Shown here piece by piece: positions 40,491-53,390 of a stretch of 64,000 nucleotides of DNA. The notes below the pieces were generated by a model. That model ran no database searches, was not told where the DNA came from, and was given only the letters and a program-made list of their open reading frames with translations. Both the position numbers and the translations under genes were made by a program. Origin of the DNA: Octopus vulgaris (Eukaryota); the NCBI GenBank assembly GCA_951406725.2, contig OX597814.1, positions 38,440,001-38,504,000 of the forward strand, given 5' to 3'. Every line of letters starts with the position of its first letter. Position 1 is the stretch's first letter.

Positions 40491-43400
40491 ATAACAAATG
40501 CATTATAAATATGATTTTGAGAAAAAAATAAAGTAAAAATATATTAAAAAATGCTGCTCGCTAAGAAGCACAAAAATTAATAAAATAGAAATTTAAAATA
40601 AATTACGTAGAAAATATTTTAAATTTTTTTAAAATATCGACAGTAACATAAAATATTAATATCAAAATATAAAAGTGTAATAAAACATGACAGAAAGCAA
40701 TAAACTACTTTATCGGTAGAAACACGTTGCATCTGTTATCAAGCTTGGCATTAACTATTTTATTAGTTTTATTTGACTTTTTTCCTGCTATGTTAGAAAA
40801 CTTGAATATGAGGTCAGAAGATAAGTGATCATAATTGGAGAGAGTTGATTGCAGGCCACAACTTTCTCGGCCTGTATGTGACCACTGATGTGAAGGTCAG
40901 GCTCACATAATAGCGGATGCAATGAAGCGTTAACTCAGGTTTATGGGGCGTAAATCTCGGCTAATTTGTTCCATTGCCAGAGATGGCAGAGCGCCTTTAT
41001 CGTCACAAAGGAGAAAGTTGAAAACTCGTTCACTGTAACGTTTGGCAGGCAAGTAATTAATTAATTTGCCCGAGAAAATACGCAATCCCTTATCTTATAG
41101 GACATTTCATTTCTGCTCATACACACGTCGAAACAAATATATTCACAGACATTGCCTAGACACATATACACGAACAGACATGCGTCTGAAGACAGCATTT
41201 TATAAATAAATTCAAAAGCATATACACATTTCAATATCAAGAAATATATTTTCGAGCAGCCATTGTCCATTTCATAATACAGAGACAGTAAGACGGTATA
41301 TCTTCAGATTAAATGTTCTTAATTACTGGTAAAGTGCTTCACAATTTACTTATGGCTAACAACATCACAAAGTGAAATTAGGTAGTTTGCGTTTATTTCA
41401 CAAACTGTAGAAGACAGAACAAAAACTGTCTTGGAAGTCGAAGACTTTTATTGTTTCATTATCGGTAAGCTTGTAACATCCTTCAGTCAATTTGTCGTCG
41501 GTCTGTTTGTCACCAGCTACCATACGAGAATGCCGACAGGTTCTTCAATAGTGTTTAAGAAATATATGGTACTCATACTAATTAGAACAGGCTTATGTGT
41601 CCTGGGGATGCTCAGGAAATGTTCATAGTACAAACTGAAACAGATTATATCAAGGGAGACAACACTGAGAATATTAAGACAAAATTCTACTTTCCGAATG
41701 TCTTTCCTTTAAGCGGCTTGGAAAAAGTCTTTTGTCTTGTATAATAATGTGTTAAAGAAAAATGAAATTAAACTATATAGAATTATTAATTTACTAAATC
41801 CATCAATTATTTCTCTCTTTTTATTGTACAGAATCATGTTTGCGTTTTCGCTGCATTTCGGACTGCTGTTTTTCTTATATATTTCCATGCATCTTCTTTT
41901 GGATAAATCCTCCAATCTAAAACTTCGTGAGGGCCTTTTGTGATGAGCATATTCTTCGCAAAGTGACGAAATTTATTTTGACGTTCAATGCCGATTGTTA
42001 TCTTAATTATCATTTCAAATTTACCATCGTCTTTATTTATTTCTATGCTTCATTGTTCCAAAATTAATGAATGGCAGCGTTTCCTTAACTACGAATAAAT
42101 GTTTCATATTTGTAAGATCAAATGTTAATATTAAAGGTGGAGACAAATTTAAATACTTCCAAGAGTGGCGTGACAATTTGCCTCGTGTTATCAGCCTGCA
42201 ACCTTGTCTTTCGTCATATATTAATTCGAATAAGAATTGAGATTTATGGTATTTCTGTTGTTACCCATGCTGATACAAGCAGAACAATATCCTTTTCCTA
42301 ATTTCATATGTCTAGGAATTGCGAATATTAATAAGTATATCATACATTCAATAATGAAAATATTATATTATTATTGGAAATATCACAATATATAATAGTC
42401 GACAAATATAATATCATACTATATTCGCAAGTATATCATGTTAATATCCTCATCATATTTCATTTTCCTGCAACTCATATTTATTAATTACGATTATATA
42501 TATCAATTTCCTAATATTTCAATAATATTTGTTGAAATCAAATTATAAACTATTATAAATTTTACTTTGAATTTGATAAATGACGATCTCAGAAAATTGG
42601 GAATAGAAATTTGAGTAAACATTGAATATTATCTTCTGAAAAAAAAAAATCTCAAATTGTTATCGCTTCCTTTTTCAAATTTCCTGAAGACAATTCCCTT
42701 TATATATCCAAATTTAACCTTGCATTCGATATTTAGTTGTCTTACGCATAGCGTCGATTTATATGAGGTGTACGTGATGAAGGGATGTAAAAATATAGTT
42801 GTCGTTTCTAGTTTGTGTGTAATGATGTCTGTAAAATCAGAGATAGTTGTACAAATAGATTAGTAAAAAGAAATTTGATATTAAATCGAATTAATGTAAT
42901 ACAAAATATTTCTGTTGAAGGACGTATTTTCCTGTGATTGATGGCAATTGTAGATTCGCAAATACTATCATCAAATATTCCTGCACAAGTACATTTGTTT
43001 CACTACAGGTAGTTTCCTAAAAGTTTTGGTAATTGCCATTTCATTATTATTCTGGGTTATTGTTATTGCTAAATTCCTACTAACTGGTGTGTGAATTATT
43101 TAAAACAGCTCTCATTTTTCAACAAGCAAATCGGAATAAGTATTGCAGAGCATTAGATTTTCATTAAAATTATAGAAAACTACTGACATTTATCCTGTTC
43201 ATTCGCTTTTGTGTATTTATGCAATAATGCTAATTAAATAAATGTAATCATTTGGGGGGGGGGTCAGCAGAGCTAAAAATGCTCTATATTGAGCTCGTCT
43301 ACAGATTTAGTTGTCACACAGCCGATCTGGAACTTAGGTTGTAAAGTGTAGCTGAATAACAAATTCCAATATGTAAATTATATATATATACACTATACTC

Positions 43401-43738
43401 TCTCCCCTTCTCTATCACACCGGCTCTTTCTCTTTCTCTCTAGCTCTCACTCTCTCTCTCTCAGCTTTCTACATATATTTCTCTGTGTTTGGCCGCTCGG
43501 ATGCTGTTGTCGGCTATCGTACATATTCAAAATATTTACTTGGGTTCATCGCCTGAGCAAACAAATTTTTTTGTTCTATTCAGTTACCGCATTTATCACT
43601 ACATCTATCCATTCTTTCCTGAACAGCTACTCTAAAGTTGGCTAAATAATATTTGGGCCGGAAATATAGAATCTATTCCTTTCGGAAAGAATTCATTCAT
43701 TTCACCAACATTTTTCAACATTATATAATTGATATCGT

Positions 43739-43776
<38 letters not shown>

Positions 43777-44339
43777 TTGGGTTGTCCGGAAAGTTCGTGC
43801 CGATTTATACTAGCTTACATTTCGACTTACTTTAAAACGTGGTTGAATCTTTGAAATAGGATTTGGCTGCACATCCATTAAGAGCAAAGTTTAAGCTATT
43901 TTTTCGTGGATGGTTTATGTTCCTACAACCTGGGTTAATTCTGTAACCCTCTAAAATGGACGATAAGAAAGTTCATTTTTGGCACTTGATGCTTTGGGAA
44001 CCACACAACAATTGCTGCAGCTCGGCTGGGATGTGTCACCTCACCTTCCAATTCACCAGATATTGCTCCTTCGAATTTCCATTTATTCAAGGTCTCTGCA
44101 AAATAATATTAATGTTAAAAATTTCAATTCCTTGGATGATGTAAAAATATAACTTCCTGAATTTTTTGCCATGAAACCGTCTCATTTCTGTGAAGAGTGT
44201 ATTATCAAGTTAAAAGAAAGATGGAGATGCATTCTGCAACAAAAAGGTTCATATTTGGTTGATTAAAAATGTATTGTCATGTATTTATTGACGTTTTTCT
44301 TTCCTTTAAAAGTCGGCACGAACATTCCGGACAACCCAA
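43777..44339 (+). mobile_element. Internally deleted mariner (563 bp), both TIRs intact
   Basis: TIRs TTGGGTTGTCCGGAAAGTTCGTGCCGATT / AGTCGGCACGAACATTCCGGACAACCCAA with TA TSDs. The N-terminus MDDKKVHFWHLMLWE is fused to the C-terminal QLGWDV..SPDIAPSNFHLF..WRCILQQKGSYLVD*. Confidence 0.92.
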
Positions 44340-44388
44340 TATATATATATACATATATACATTTATATATATATATATATATATTTCC

Positions 44389-44475
44389 ATACACCTAGAA
44401 ATACATGTCGAATATATATATATATATATTTACATACACCTAGAAATACATGTCGAATATATATATATATATATA

Positions 44476-44544
<69 letters not shown>

Positions 44545-44570
44545 CACCTAGAAATACATGTCGAATATAT
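44389..44570. repeat. Three copies of ATACACCTAGAAATACATGTCGAATATA separated by (TA)n
   Basis: Exact unit at ~44389, ~44434 and ~44542. Confidence 0.9.
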
Positions 44571-44924
44571 ATATAAATATGTTTACATATATGCATAAAT
44601 ATATATTTTTTTCAAATAATTCATTCACGATAATCCTCTTAGGTCAGGATTGTACATTGTAACGAGATTATGTGAAAATATACTTTAGTGCCAAATGACA
44701 AGATTCATGGCTAAAATAAATCCTTAGATATATGTGGAGTGGCAAGAAATAAGATTGCATGGGGATATCGAGAGTACACGTACAAAAATAAGCAAACACA
44801 CTCATAAGCATACACACACGGATACACACACACATATATGCAGATATATAGAAATATTTATAGGTTCACACACATGCATACATATACATATATATATATA
44901 TATATATACATATATATACATACA

Positions 44925-44992
<68 letters not shown>

Positions 44993-45305
44993 TAGATACA
45001 TATACATACATACATGCATACTTTGTCATGACATGTGAAATAATTTCTGAAGCAGATATTCACATACATGGTAACTTATTAAATGGAGAATATCTTATCA
45101 GTGATATATACAGAAAAATACAATATGATTGTTTGATATTAAGCAAATGCATATGTATACTTATGCCCTCATGAAATTAAGGCGTATTGAACCTGCTCTT
45201 TACACAATTCAATTTCAAATTATATATTTCTCACAGCGGAATTGCTACTTTTATTAATAATAATCACTTGTGTATATGTATACATATATGTGTGTCTGTA
45301 TGGAT

Positions 45306-45392
<87 letters not shown>

Positions 45393-45422
45393 TGTCTGTA
45401 TGTGTGCATGTCTATATGTGTG

Positions 45423-45965
45423 CCGAGGAGAATTGGGTCGCTGAGAAAGTCAATCTCAACCCCAAAGTGTTATCTTTTCCTCTCACTGTCTCCACTGTTG
45501 GCCCTGTAGTTGATGAAAATGGCACCTTGCAAAGTAATGCTAAAACCATGAGTGAGATACTGCAGAAAGAGTATTGTTCTCTTTACAGCAAACGTGATAT
45601 CGCTAATCAGGATGTCATCAATGATGTTAACTCTCAACACACTATATCGGTCATAACCTTTGGTGCCCCTGATATCTTAGCGGCAATAAACGAAATTAAA
45701 CACAATTCAGCTGTAGTCTCAGATAGGTTCCCTGCGTGTGTCCTGAGGGTCTGTCGACACTAACTTGCATCTACTCTTGCTAATCTGTGGAGGAACTAAC
45801 TAGATGCTGGCTATATTCCTAAAAACTTTCTTTCCTAGTCTGTTGTCCCGGTTTTCAAAAAGGGAAGCACGTTCATTGCAGTGAACTACCGTCAGATCTC
45901 GTTCAGCTCTCATATCATTAGGTTATTTGAGATGGCGGTGAAATCTCAAATGAACCACTTTCTTA
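45423..45965 (+). mobile_element. Internal fragment of a LINE related to the 5712-10410 element (APE-RT linker to RT start)
   Basis: EENWVAEKVNLNPKV..TVGPVVDENGTLQSNAKTMSEILQKEYCS..DRFPACVLRVCRH aligns with EEQWVIKNIKQNPKV..PIGPLIDDNGIPQHDAKEMAEILQKQYCS..DRFPASLLKECRH, then continues VPVFKKGS..NYRQIS. Confidence 0.88.
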
Positions 45966-46306
45966 TTTAATTTTGCAACATTCTGTGTTTTTTGTTGTTG
46001 AGGGAATTACTGATAAAAGTTAGTTCATAATTTACTGATAGACGTAACTTCAAAAATTTAATTTAAATTCGTACACTTTTGTAATTGTTTTGTGATTTTC
46101 TGTTCTTAACGGCTTTTTCTGGTTCCTTCGATTCTAGCTCTTTGGGTTACTAAATGACAAATTTCGCTTCAATTCACATAATACTTTATTTTCCGTAATT
46201 TTTTTTTCCTTTCTGCCCGTCGTATTAAGAAATAAAATTTCAGTTACCCCATCATTTTCATTGTTTACTATCTTCTACACCCGTGTAATTATGTATACAT
46301 ATATAA

Positions 46307-46875
46307 CCATGCCTACAAAGAAAATAACTCAATTTGTTTGCGACGCCATCACCAGCCAAATGAATGTTTCTGTCCGGGGAAAGAGAGACAGCTGCGGAAA
46401 TGGCAGCATACCAAGAATGGAACAGACTGTGCATTACACAAGCTAGAGCATCTCAAAGTGAAGAACATAGGTATGCACGACTGACAAGGAATATAACCTC
46501 CACTTCAAAACGAAGATAAGTTGCAACATCTCAGTGAAACAATTTCTCTGTAGCAGCTTTCAATTATAATCCACAAGTTCATTATGCAGAAGACATTAGA
46601 GCTTCCATTGGTGCAATGAAAACTAACATTGCAAAGCAAGGAAGTGGCCTGCACTATGCTACAGTATTGGAAAGGTTAAACTCCTTGCAATCACCCAACA
46701 TCCAGAGCCATTGAAGCAACTGTTGTCATCAAATGACAAAGATTCCAAGCTCTTCCAAAACGAAATTCGACAATATAACACTGTACTACAGATGACATCA
46801 TTTGAAGCCACAACAGATTTAAGTAAGCCAGGATTCATGCAAACATTCAAGATCCAAGGCGAAATTTATCATTAG
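46307..46875 (+). mobile_element. Helitron RepHel N-terminal fragment (pseudogenised)
   Basis: AFNYNPQVHY..IGAM..HCKARKW..GKVKL..HPEPLKQLL..SKLFQNEIRQYNTVLQMTSF..GFMQTFKIQGEIYH, the conserved block upstream of the Helitron Rep domain. Confidence 0.85.
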
Positions 46876-47206
46876 CTCTCAACTATCTCTATCAAAGGAA
46901 TCCTCCAAATCGGCCTTTCATTGTTTATAATCTGTATCTGATTGTCGCTACGAAGAAAGCTACACAAAACATGTTTTTTTAACTACGTGTATTTGCTTTT
47001 TGTAGGTATATTAGTTGAAAAGTTTCTTTCAACATTTTACTTAACGTCTATGTTCCATACTTCCATTGGTTGGAGAGTTAATAATATAGAAAGATGGTAT
47101 CTCAACTACTAGCAATTAAGACCTGCGTAATCTAGACGGCATTTAAAAAGTTCATTATTCTATGTAATTCGGGCAACGTCTGGTATGCCTGTTATTATAT
47201 AAGCAT

Positions 47207-47240
<34 letters not shown>

Positions 47241-47379
47241 GTATACATACATACACATATACATTCATATATATATACATATTTATATATATATATATAT
47301 ATTTATATATACACATATACATTGATATATATATATATATATATATATAGTATAAATATATACATATATACACATATAC

Positions 47380-47415
<36 letters not shown>

Positions 47416-47440
47416 TATATATGCATATATACACATATAC

Positions 47441-47478
<38 letters not shown>

Positions 47479-47507
47479 TATATATATATACATATATGCA
47501 CATATAC

Positions 47508-47551
<44 letters not shown>

Positions 47552-47572
47552 TATATATATACATATATACAC

Positions 47573-47615
<43 letters not shown>

Positions 47616-47639
47616 TTCATATATATACACACATATATA

Positions 47640-47696
<57 letters not shown>

Positions 47697-47697
<1 letters not shown>

Positions 47698-47834
47698 AAG
47701 GCGCGTGGCTTAGTGGTTAGGGGCATTTCGCTCTCGATCGTAAGGTCGTGAGTTCAATTCCCGGCAACTCGTTGTGCCTTTGGGTTAAACAATTATTCCA
47801 CGTTGCTCCAGTTCACTCAGCTGGTAAAAGGGCC

Positions 47835-47835
<1 letters not shown>
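47697..47835 (+). mobile_element. tRNA-derived SINE family C, 5' part
   Basis: A-box TGGCTTAGTGG and B-box GAGTTCAATTCC, followed by TTGCTCCAGTTCACTCAGCTG. Homologous to the minus-strand copy at 61862-62100. Confidence 0.78.
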
Positions 47836-47896
<61 letters not shown>

Positions 47897-47942
47897 ACGT
47901 ACGTATAACTGAGAATATGGATTCAATGTAACCCTAGGCAAC

Positions 47943-47998
47943 GAAGTGTCACTGATGAGGATTAATTCAATCCGAAGCATGATGAACTGGCAACTTCG
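47943..47998 (+). ncRNA. Degenerate type I hammerhead ribozyme-like motif
   Basis: Stem I GAAGTGTCA/TGGCAACTTC, core CTGATGA, stem II GGATT/AATCC. GAAG replaces GAAA and the cleavage triplet is degraded. Confidence 0.55.
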
Positions 47999-49377
47999 CT
48001 TGCTGTAGGGATGTTTCTCCTTTGTCAGTTAGTAGTTAAGAGCGCTGCCCGTGGCTATGTGATTTTTTAAATTCTTATTTCTAGTAATATTGGTGCCGAC
48101 GTACACTGTTTGTCGCTTTAGTGACCCTTGGTTTGTAAATTGCGACTAGCCTCTGAAATTATTTATATAAATATTTCGGCACTTAATCTGTCACTAAAAA
48201 CTTTAACCGCGAAGAATTTTCAGTAATGAAACACGTTGAACGTGTTTGAAGTTCTTTAGAATTAAATTTGAATTTGAAGCATCTTTGTGATTCTAGGAAA
48301 GATCCGAAACATCAGGAAACCAATTTCGATTTAGAATGCAAGACATCACATCGTATCTGATTGCAAGAAATGCTTCTAATTAGATATATACAACATGATG
48401 AGTGATATTTAAGGCACTGTGTTTGCTTGATTTTTCATTCTTCTAATTAAGTTATGTTTTGTTGGTACGCTATGGGCATACAATGAAATTAGTGAATCGT
48501 TATACTAATTCTAACGGAAATTGTTGGATATGGAAGATATGCTAGCATTATAAAATCCTTCGACAAAGAACTTTCTTTTCTGGATTGTACTTCTCTGTAT
48601 CTAGCGATGTAGAGCTTGGCACTTTGAGGGAAATTATTCACTGTAAATTTTATGTGATTATGTAACAAGCCAGTGTCTGTACAGATACAAGTTTTGACAA
48701 CTGAAAGTGTTTGCGTGTTTACTTTTATTTAATTGTCCAGTTAATTACTTCTTTCTGGATTCCGGATATTGAATAAGAAACACAAATACACAGCGTTTGT
48801 TAATTTCTCTCAATACTGAATATTTTATTCACTTCAATACAATCATAAACATACCAATTAATCAAATGACCGAATTGTCATTTACAGTATAAAAATAGTA
48901 AAAGCAGAAGAGGGGAAAAACTAAACCTTATGAGACTGATATTGCTCTATTTAACCCTAGTCTTCAAATCGTTTGGTGTTTTTAAGTTTCTTTAGAACGA
49001 AACGAAGGGAAATGTTAAAAAATAAAATAATTTAAAGGACGGAAATATTCAATGAAATAAAAGCTTTGCCACTTTGTTTGTTGATTCGATATCGTATCCC
49101 TACAAAAAACATTTCTCTATTACCTATTTTCTATTAAAGTTTGAAATAACTTGCACTTTAAAGCTGATCCATGCTGTTTTATTATCCCCCATCATCAGAA
49201 TATTATTTGGATGCTTTGATTTTATGCACATGGGTATATTGGTGTTACAGATGGTTCCGTTTTTCCATATTTTGGATTTTCGGTGAATTAAATTTCAGAT
49301 TTTCAGTCTTCAGCATTCGATCTTATACTTTGTTCTTATAATCGATGATCAATATGATGATATTCTTTTAAATTTTT

Positions 49378-49425
49378 TACTAGTCTCAGTCAATTGACTA
49401 CGGCCATGCTGGAGCACCGCCTTAC
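49378..49425 (-). mobile_element. SINE family B 3'-end fragment
   Basis: TCAGTCAATTGACTACGGCCATGCTGGAGCACCGCCTT matches the tails at ~26630 and ~54600. Confidence 0.7.
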
Positions 49426-49615
49426 AGTTAACAATTTCACTTATTGTTTCTCTGGATGACCGAATATGAAAATACTACTGCATCTCTGATCAGAAGATAT
49501 TTTTTTCCAGAAAAGTTATACAGCAACATCACAAATTATTTATTCTTTTTTCTTTCTCATATTTCTTGCAATTAACACAGCTAAAATATTCTTAATATTT
49601 AAATGTAAATACTGA

Positions 49616-49752
<137 letters not shown>

Positions 49753-50176
49753 CTGTGTCTGTGTGAATGTATATAATAATAAAGGGTAAAAATCATTAAT
49801 GCATTTTACCAGGTAATTAGCGCGGAAATAAAAGAAACAAATATTTTATAATTATATACACAAGTATAACAAGAGCTTGGCTTACGCCCCACCACTTACT
49901 AAAAAGATAAATGCCAAAAGACACTATTACCACCATAAATTCTCCGATAATAACACGCAAAATGATAGGCTAGTAAAATAAAGAAAAGTAATTAAAATTA
50001 AAATTCTTGGTTAACTGCTTTCATGATCGCAGAAGGGTCTTTACACTTTACCCTGTGTAAATATATATGTACTTGCATGTGTCTACGTGCGTGCGCGCTT
50101 GTTTTGGGTTGTGTGCTTGCACGCCTGTGGTAGCGAATTAGTATGTATTGATATTTAAATAATTTCATATGAAGAC

Positions 50177-50214
<38 letters not shown>

Positions 50215-50257
50215 TATGTGTGTGTGTTTGTGTGTTATGTCTGCGTGTATGTATGTA

Positions 50258-50865
50258 TTGGATCATCTCATAATTAATGCGGTTTGTTATAGTGCTTCAA
50301 TTTTTCAATATTAAGATGAAGAATGTTCCTTTTTTAATTAAAATACACTCACCTTCATTTTCTACAATGTACTTTAATTTATCTGGTTGACTTACAAGGC
50401 TCCCCTTCCAAAAATTCACTTCTTCGTGACCAAAAATACTCTTCCAATACTGTCCTGATCTTGTCTGCGGAATTCATATTATTTGCCTCCTAACGATTTT
50501 GAAAACTGTTGTGGAATAAATTGATAATTAGATGGGGCACAGTCCGGCGAATATGGTGGGCAGGGCATTGTTTCACATTGAAAGTGCTCTAGCCTTTGGA
50601 ATGTCATCTTCGCTCTACATGGTAGTGCGTTGTCCTGATACAAGATGGTCGTTTTCCTTCTAGCGCTAACTGAAGCCGCTCCTTTGTAATCGTTTGGTTT
50701 CGCTTTAAAACGGCAAAGTGAATTAGACCTTTCATATGTCTCCAGACAGATAAAAATACCTTACGTGGGTAAGGTGCTTGGAGTGCTCCTTTCCCTAACC
50801 ACTGTCGTCAGTGATTGATATATTATAGAGAACCAATTTCTCGTCACCGGTCAAAGTATTACAAA
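50258..50865 (-). mobile_element. Mariner remnant, 3' half with one TIR
   Basis: Minus strand: LTGDEKLVLYNN, LYQDNA, PCPPYSPDCAPSNY, YIVENEGE. Terminal TA+TTGGATCATCTCATAATTAATGCGG at 50256. Confidence 0.85.
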
Positions 50866-50899
50866 AATCAAAGAAGCTTTAGAAAAGAATCAGAATAGA

Positions 50900-52048
50900 A
50901 ATACCAATTCGAGTACTATCTCAATATGCCACGATAGTCTAAGGTTTGCGCAAGAGTTGTCGTAACGACGACATTAAAAATGTATGTATTGCATCAATTC
51001 TTCAGCGGACACACGAGAATCTAAAGGATGAAAGATCAGATCCGGTGCTATGTCTACCAGCCAACTATGGACAATGATATCGATAGTTTGGAGAGAACTT
51101 TTCGAGGTTGAGCGTTCGTGACCAAAGCCCCGCCGCTAAAATATCAAACGTAGCCGAATACAGAGAAGACTAGTCTATGTTACATACCCACTATGCTTGA
51201 TCGGTGAACGGCGCTTCCTATCTAATCGTGGTAGACAACTCTACAAATTCGCCAGACATATGCAAGTGCAAAAACTAACCACTAAGTTAACTATGAAGTT
51301 CCTATATGAATTGTTTGCGCAATACAGTGTCCCAGACTCGTTTGTTTCTGAAAATGGAACGCAATTCTCAGGATATGAATTCAAGAACTTCTGTAAAATG
51401 CATACGACAAAGAATTTTTCTCATCACCATAACATCCGAGATCAAAAGTGCTTGTCAAACGATTCGTGGACATGTTTAAAAGAGCGTTAAGGAAAGCTAG
51501 AAACGAATTACGTAACGACGAAGAACTAACAAAATTCTTAAGTGTATATACAATCACCCCCAATCCAAGTACAAATTCAGGAAGGTCAGCTGAAGAGTTG
51601 ATGTTCACGAGAAGAATAAAATCGATTTTTGATAAGTTATTGCCAGAGAAAAGAAGATGTAAAGGAAATATGAAAATTTGAAATATTTCGAAGTAGGTGA
51701 TGAAGTGCATTTTAAAAACTACAAAAATAGTAAAGGAGGCGGGGAAGATGGCCTTGTGACCAAAAAGATTAGGAAGTATGATATGTCAAATTAAAGGACC
51801 ACGCTGGGGACATACGAACACATGAATCAGCTAAAGAAGAGACACGCCGAAGAACAGAGAAATTCTTAATAGTATTCATGTATCTGATGTCCCAGCTCCG
51901 AAAATAAGGGAGTCCCGGGGAACCAGCAAGAGGAAATGAAAATAGACCGAACACCTTCAAATAAGGAACACGCGAAAATGACACAATAATAATAGTAATA
52001 AATAATAATTCTTCATTCCTTCGGAACTCGAAATTTCGTAAGGGGAGA
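50900..52048 (+). pseudogene. Gypsy/Ty3 LTR-retrotransposon integrase remnant
   Basis: HHCC-region remnant (SGHTRI.RMK..RCYVY), YLIVVD, LFAQYSVPDSFVSENGTQF, RFVDMFKRAL, TPNPSTNSGRS.EELMF. Multiple stops and frameshifts. Confidence 0.88.
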
Positions 52049-52290
52049 TGTGGTGACAGTACAACAACCTTCTGACGAGAAAAGATGGGACCACTACATA
52101 TAGACTGCTGGTGCTAGTGTAGTAAATGGAGAAAACGTGGTCTGCAATGTTTCCAGTCGTGTATGCTTGACAAGAACAGGGCTCATAAGCCACCAAGGGA
52201 ACCGCAAACGTAAACTATAATTAGTCCTAGAGCACACAATGTTCCTGAATGTCAGCAATGGTCTTCCTCGGTCACTAGTGAACGGCTAAC

Positions 52291-52291
<1 letters not shown>
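52049..52291 (+). mobile_element. 3' LTR of the Gypsy element, preceded by a polypurine tract
   Basis: PPT AAGGGGAGA (52040-52048) lies immediately before TGTGG. The segment ends ..TAACA next to (TA)n. No partner LTR is visible in the window. Confidence 0.7.
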
Positions 52292-52329
<38 letters not shown>

Positions 52330-52395
52330 TATGTATTTGTACTTGTGCGTTCTTATATAACTATACTTAAGTATTCACATAGCAGTCGACACTAC

Positions 52396-52407
52396 AGTAA
52401 AGCTTAA

Positions 52408-52461
<54 letters not shown>

Positions 52462-53102
52462 TAGCAAAATGTTATCGAGAGGTGAGCATTTAAAAATTCA
52501 TCTTACCTATTGGAAGAGCATTAAATAATTGCACAACCCAGATGTGGACACCTAGGTTTCGAACTTTCCAAATGATGTTTCCTAATGTAAATTTGATTAG
52601 TTCTTATCAGCTAGATTTACCTGGATAAAATCTCAAATGATGCTACATAAATACCAGTATATAAACATCTGAAACGCCTAGCCATTAACAGAGAGAGAAC
52701 AGTGAAAATGTATTCGATGAAATAAAATTAAACAGAGCAATACAGTTGTATTGCTTCCCAGTATAACAAAGCACCATCAGATTAGAATATAAATGAGTGG
52801 TACAACAATTCACAAATATTTACTGGAAATAACAGTCTATAATATATGACGTTATAAGTAAAGCTTCACTGTTTATATATACTAGCAGCATTTTATCGAG
52901 CGGTGGGCATAAAATATTTCATCTTACCTGTAGGAAGAATATTAAATAAATGCAAAACCCACATGTAGATAATCTAAGATATAGGCGTCGAGCTTCCCAA
53001 AGTTCATCAGTTGTCATCGGCTAGATTTCCCTAGATAAAATCTCAAATGTCGCTACATCAATACTAGCCGTTAACAGACCGAGAACAGTGAAAATGTTTT
53101 CA
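52396..53102. repeat. Diverged tandem duplication (~250-bp shared core), possibly Helitron-like termini
   Basis: AGTAAAGCTT.ACTGT-(TA)-CTAGCA..TTATCGAG..TTCATCTTACCT..CTAGATTT..GATAAAATCTCAAATG..GAGAACAGTGAAAATG occurs at ~52396-52715 and ~52857-53102. Confidence 0.8.
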
Positions 53103-53244
53103 AAGAAAATATCTTTATTTTTTTTCTCTTTTGTATATACATACATACACATTCATGCATACACACACATACATATACATACATACATACATACACACAC
53201 ATACATACAAACATACATACATACATACATATATATATATATGC

Positions 53245-53325
53245 ATTTGATTAGCCTTTACTAAAGTGACTTTGTTTTCCCCTGTTGCCTTGGAATTTTA
53301 TATTCCCTTCTATTAATAATGCGTG

Positions 53326-53390
<65 letters not shown>

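Noticed and set aside
44389-44570. CRISPR-like repeat-spacer pattern
   Set aside because: Spacers are just (TA)n of variable length, the context is eukaryotic, and there are no cas genes.
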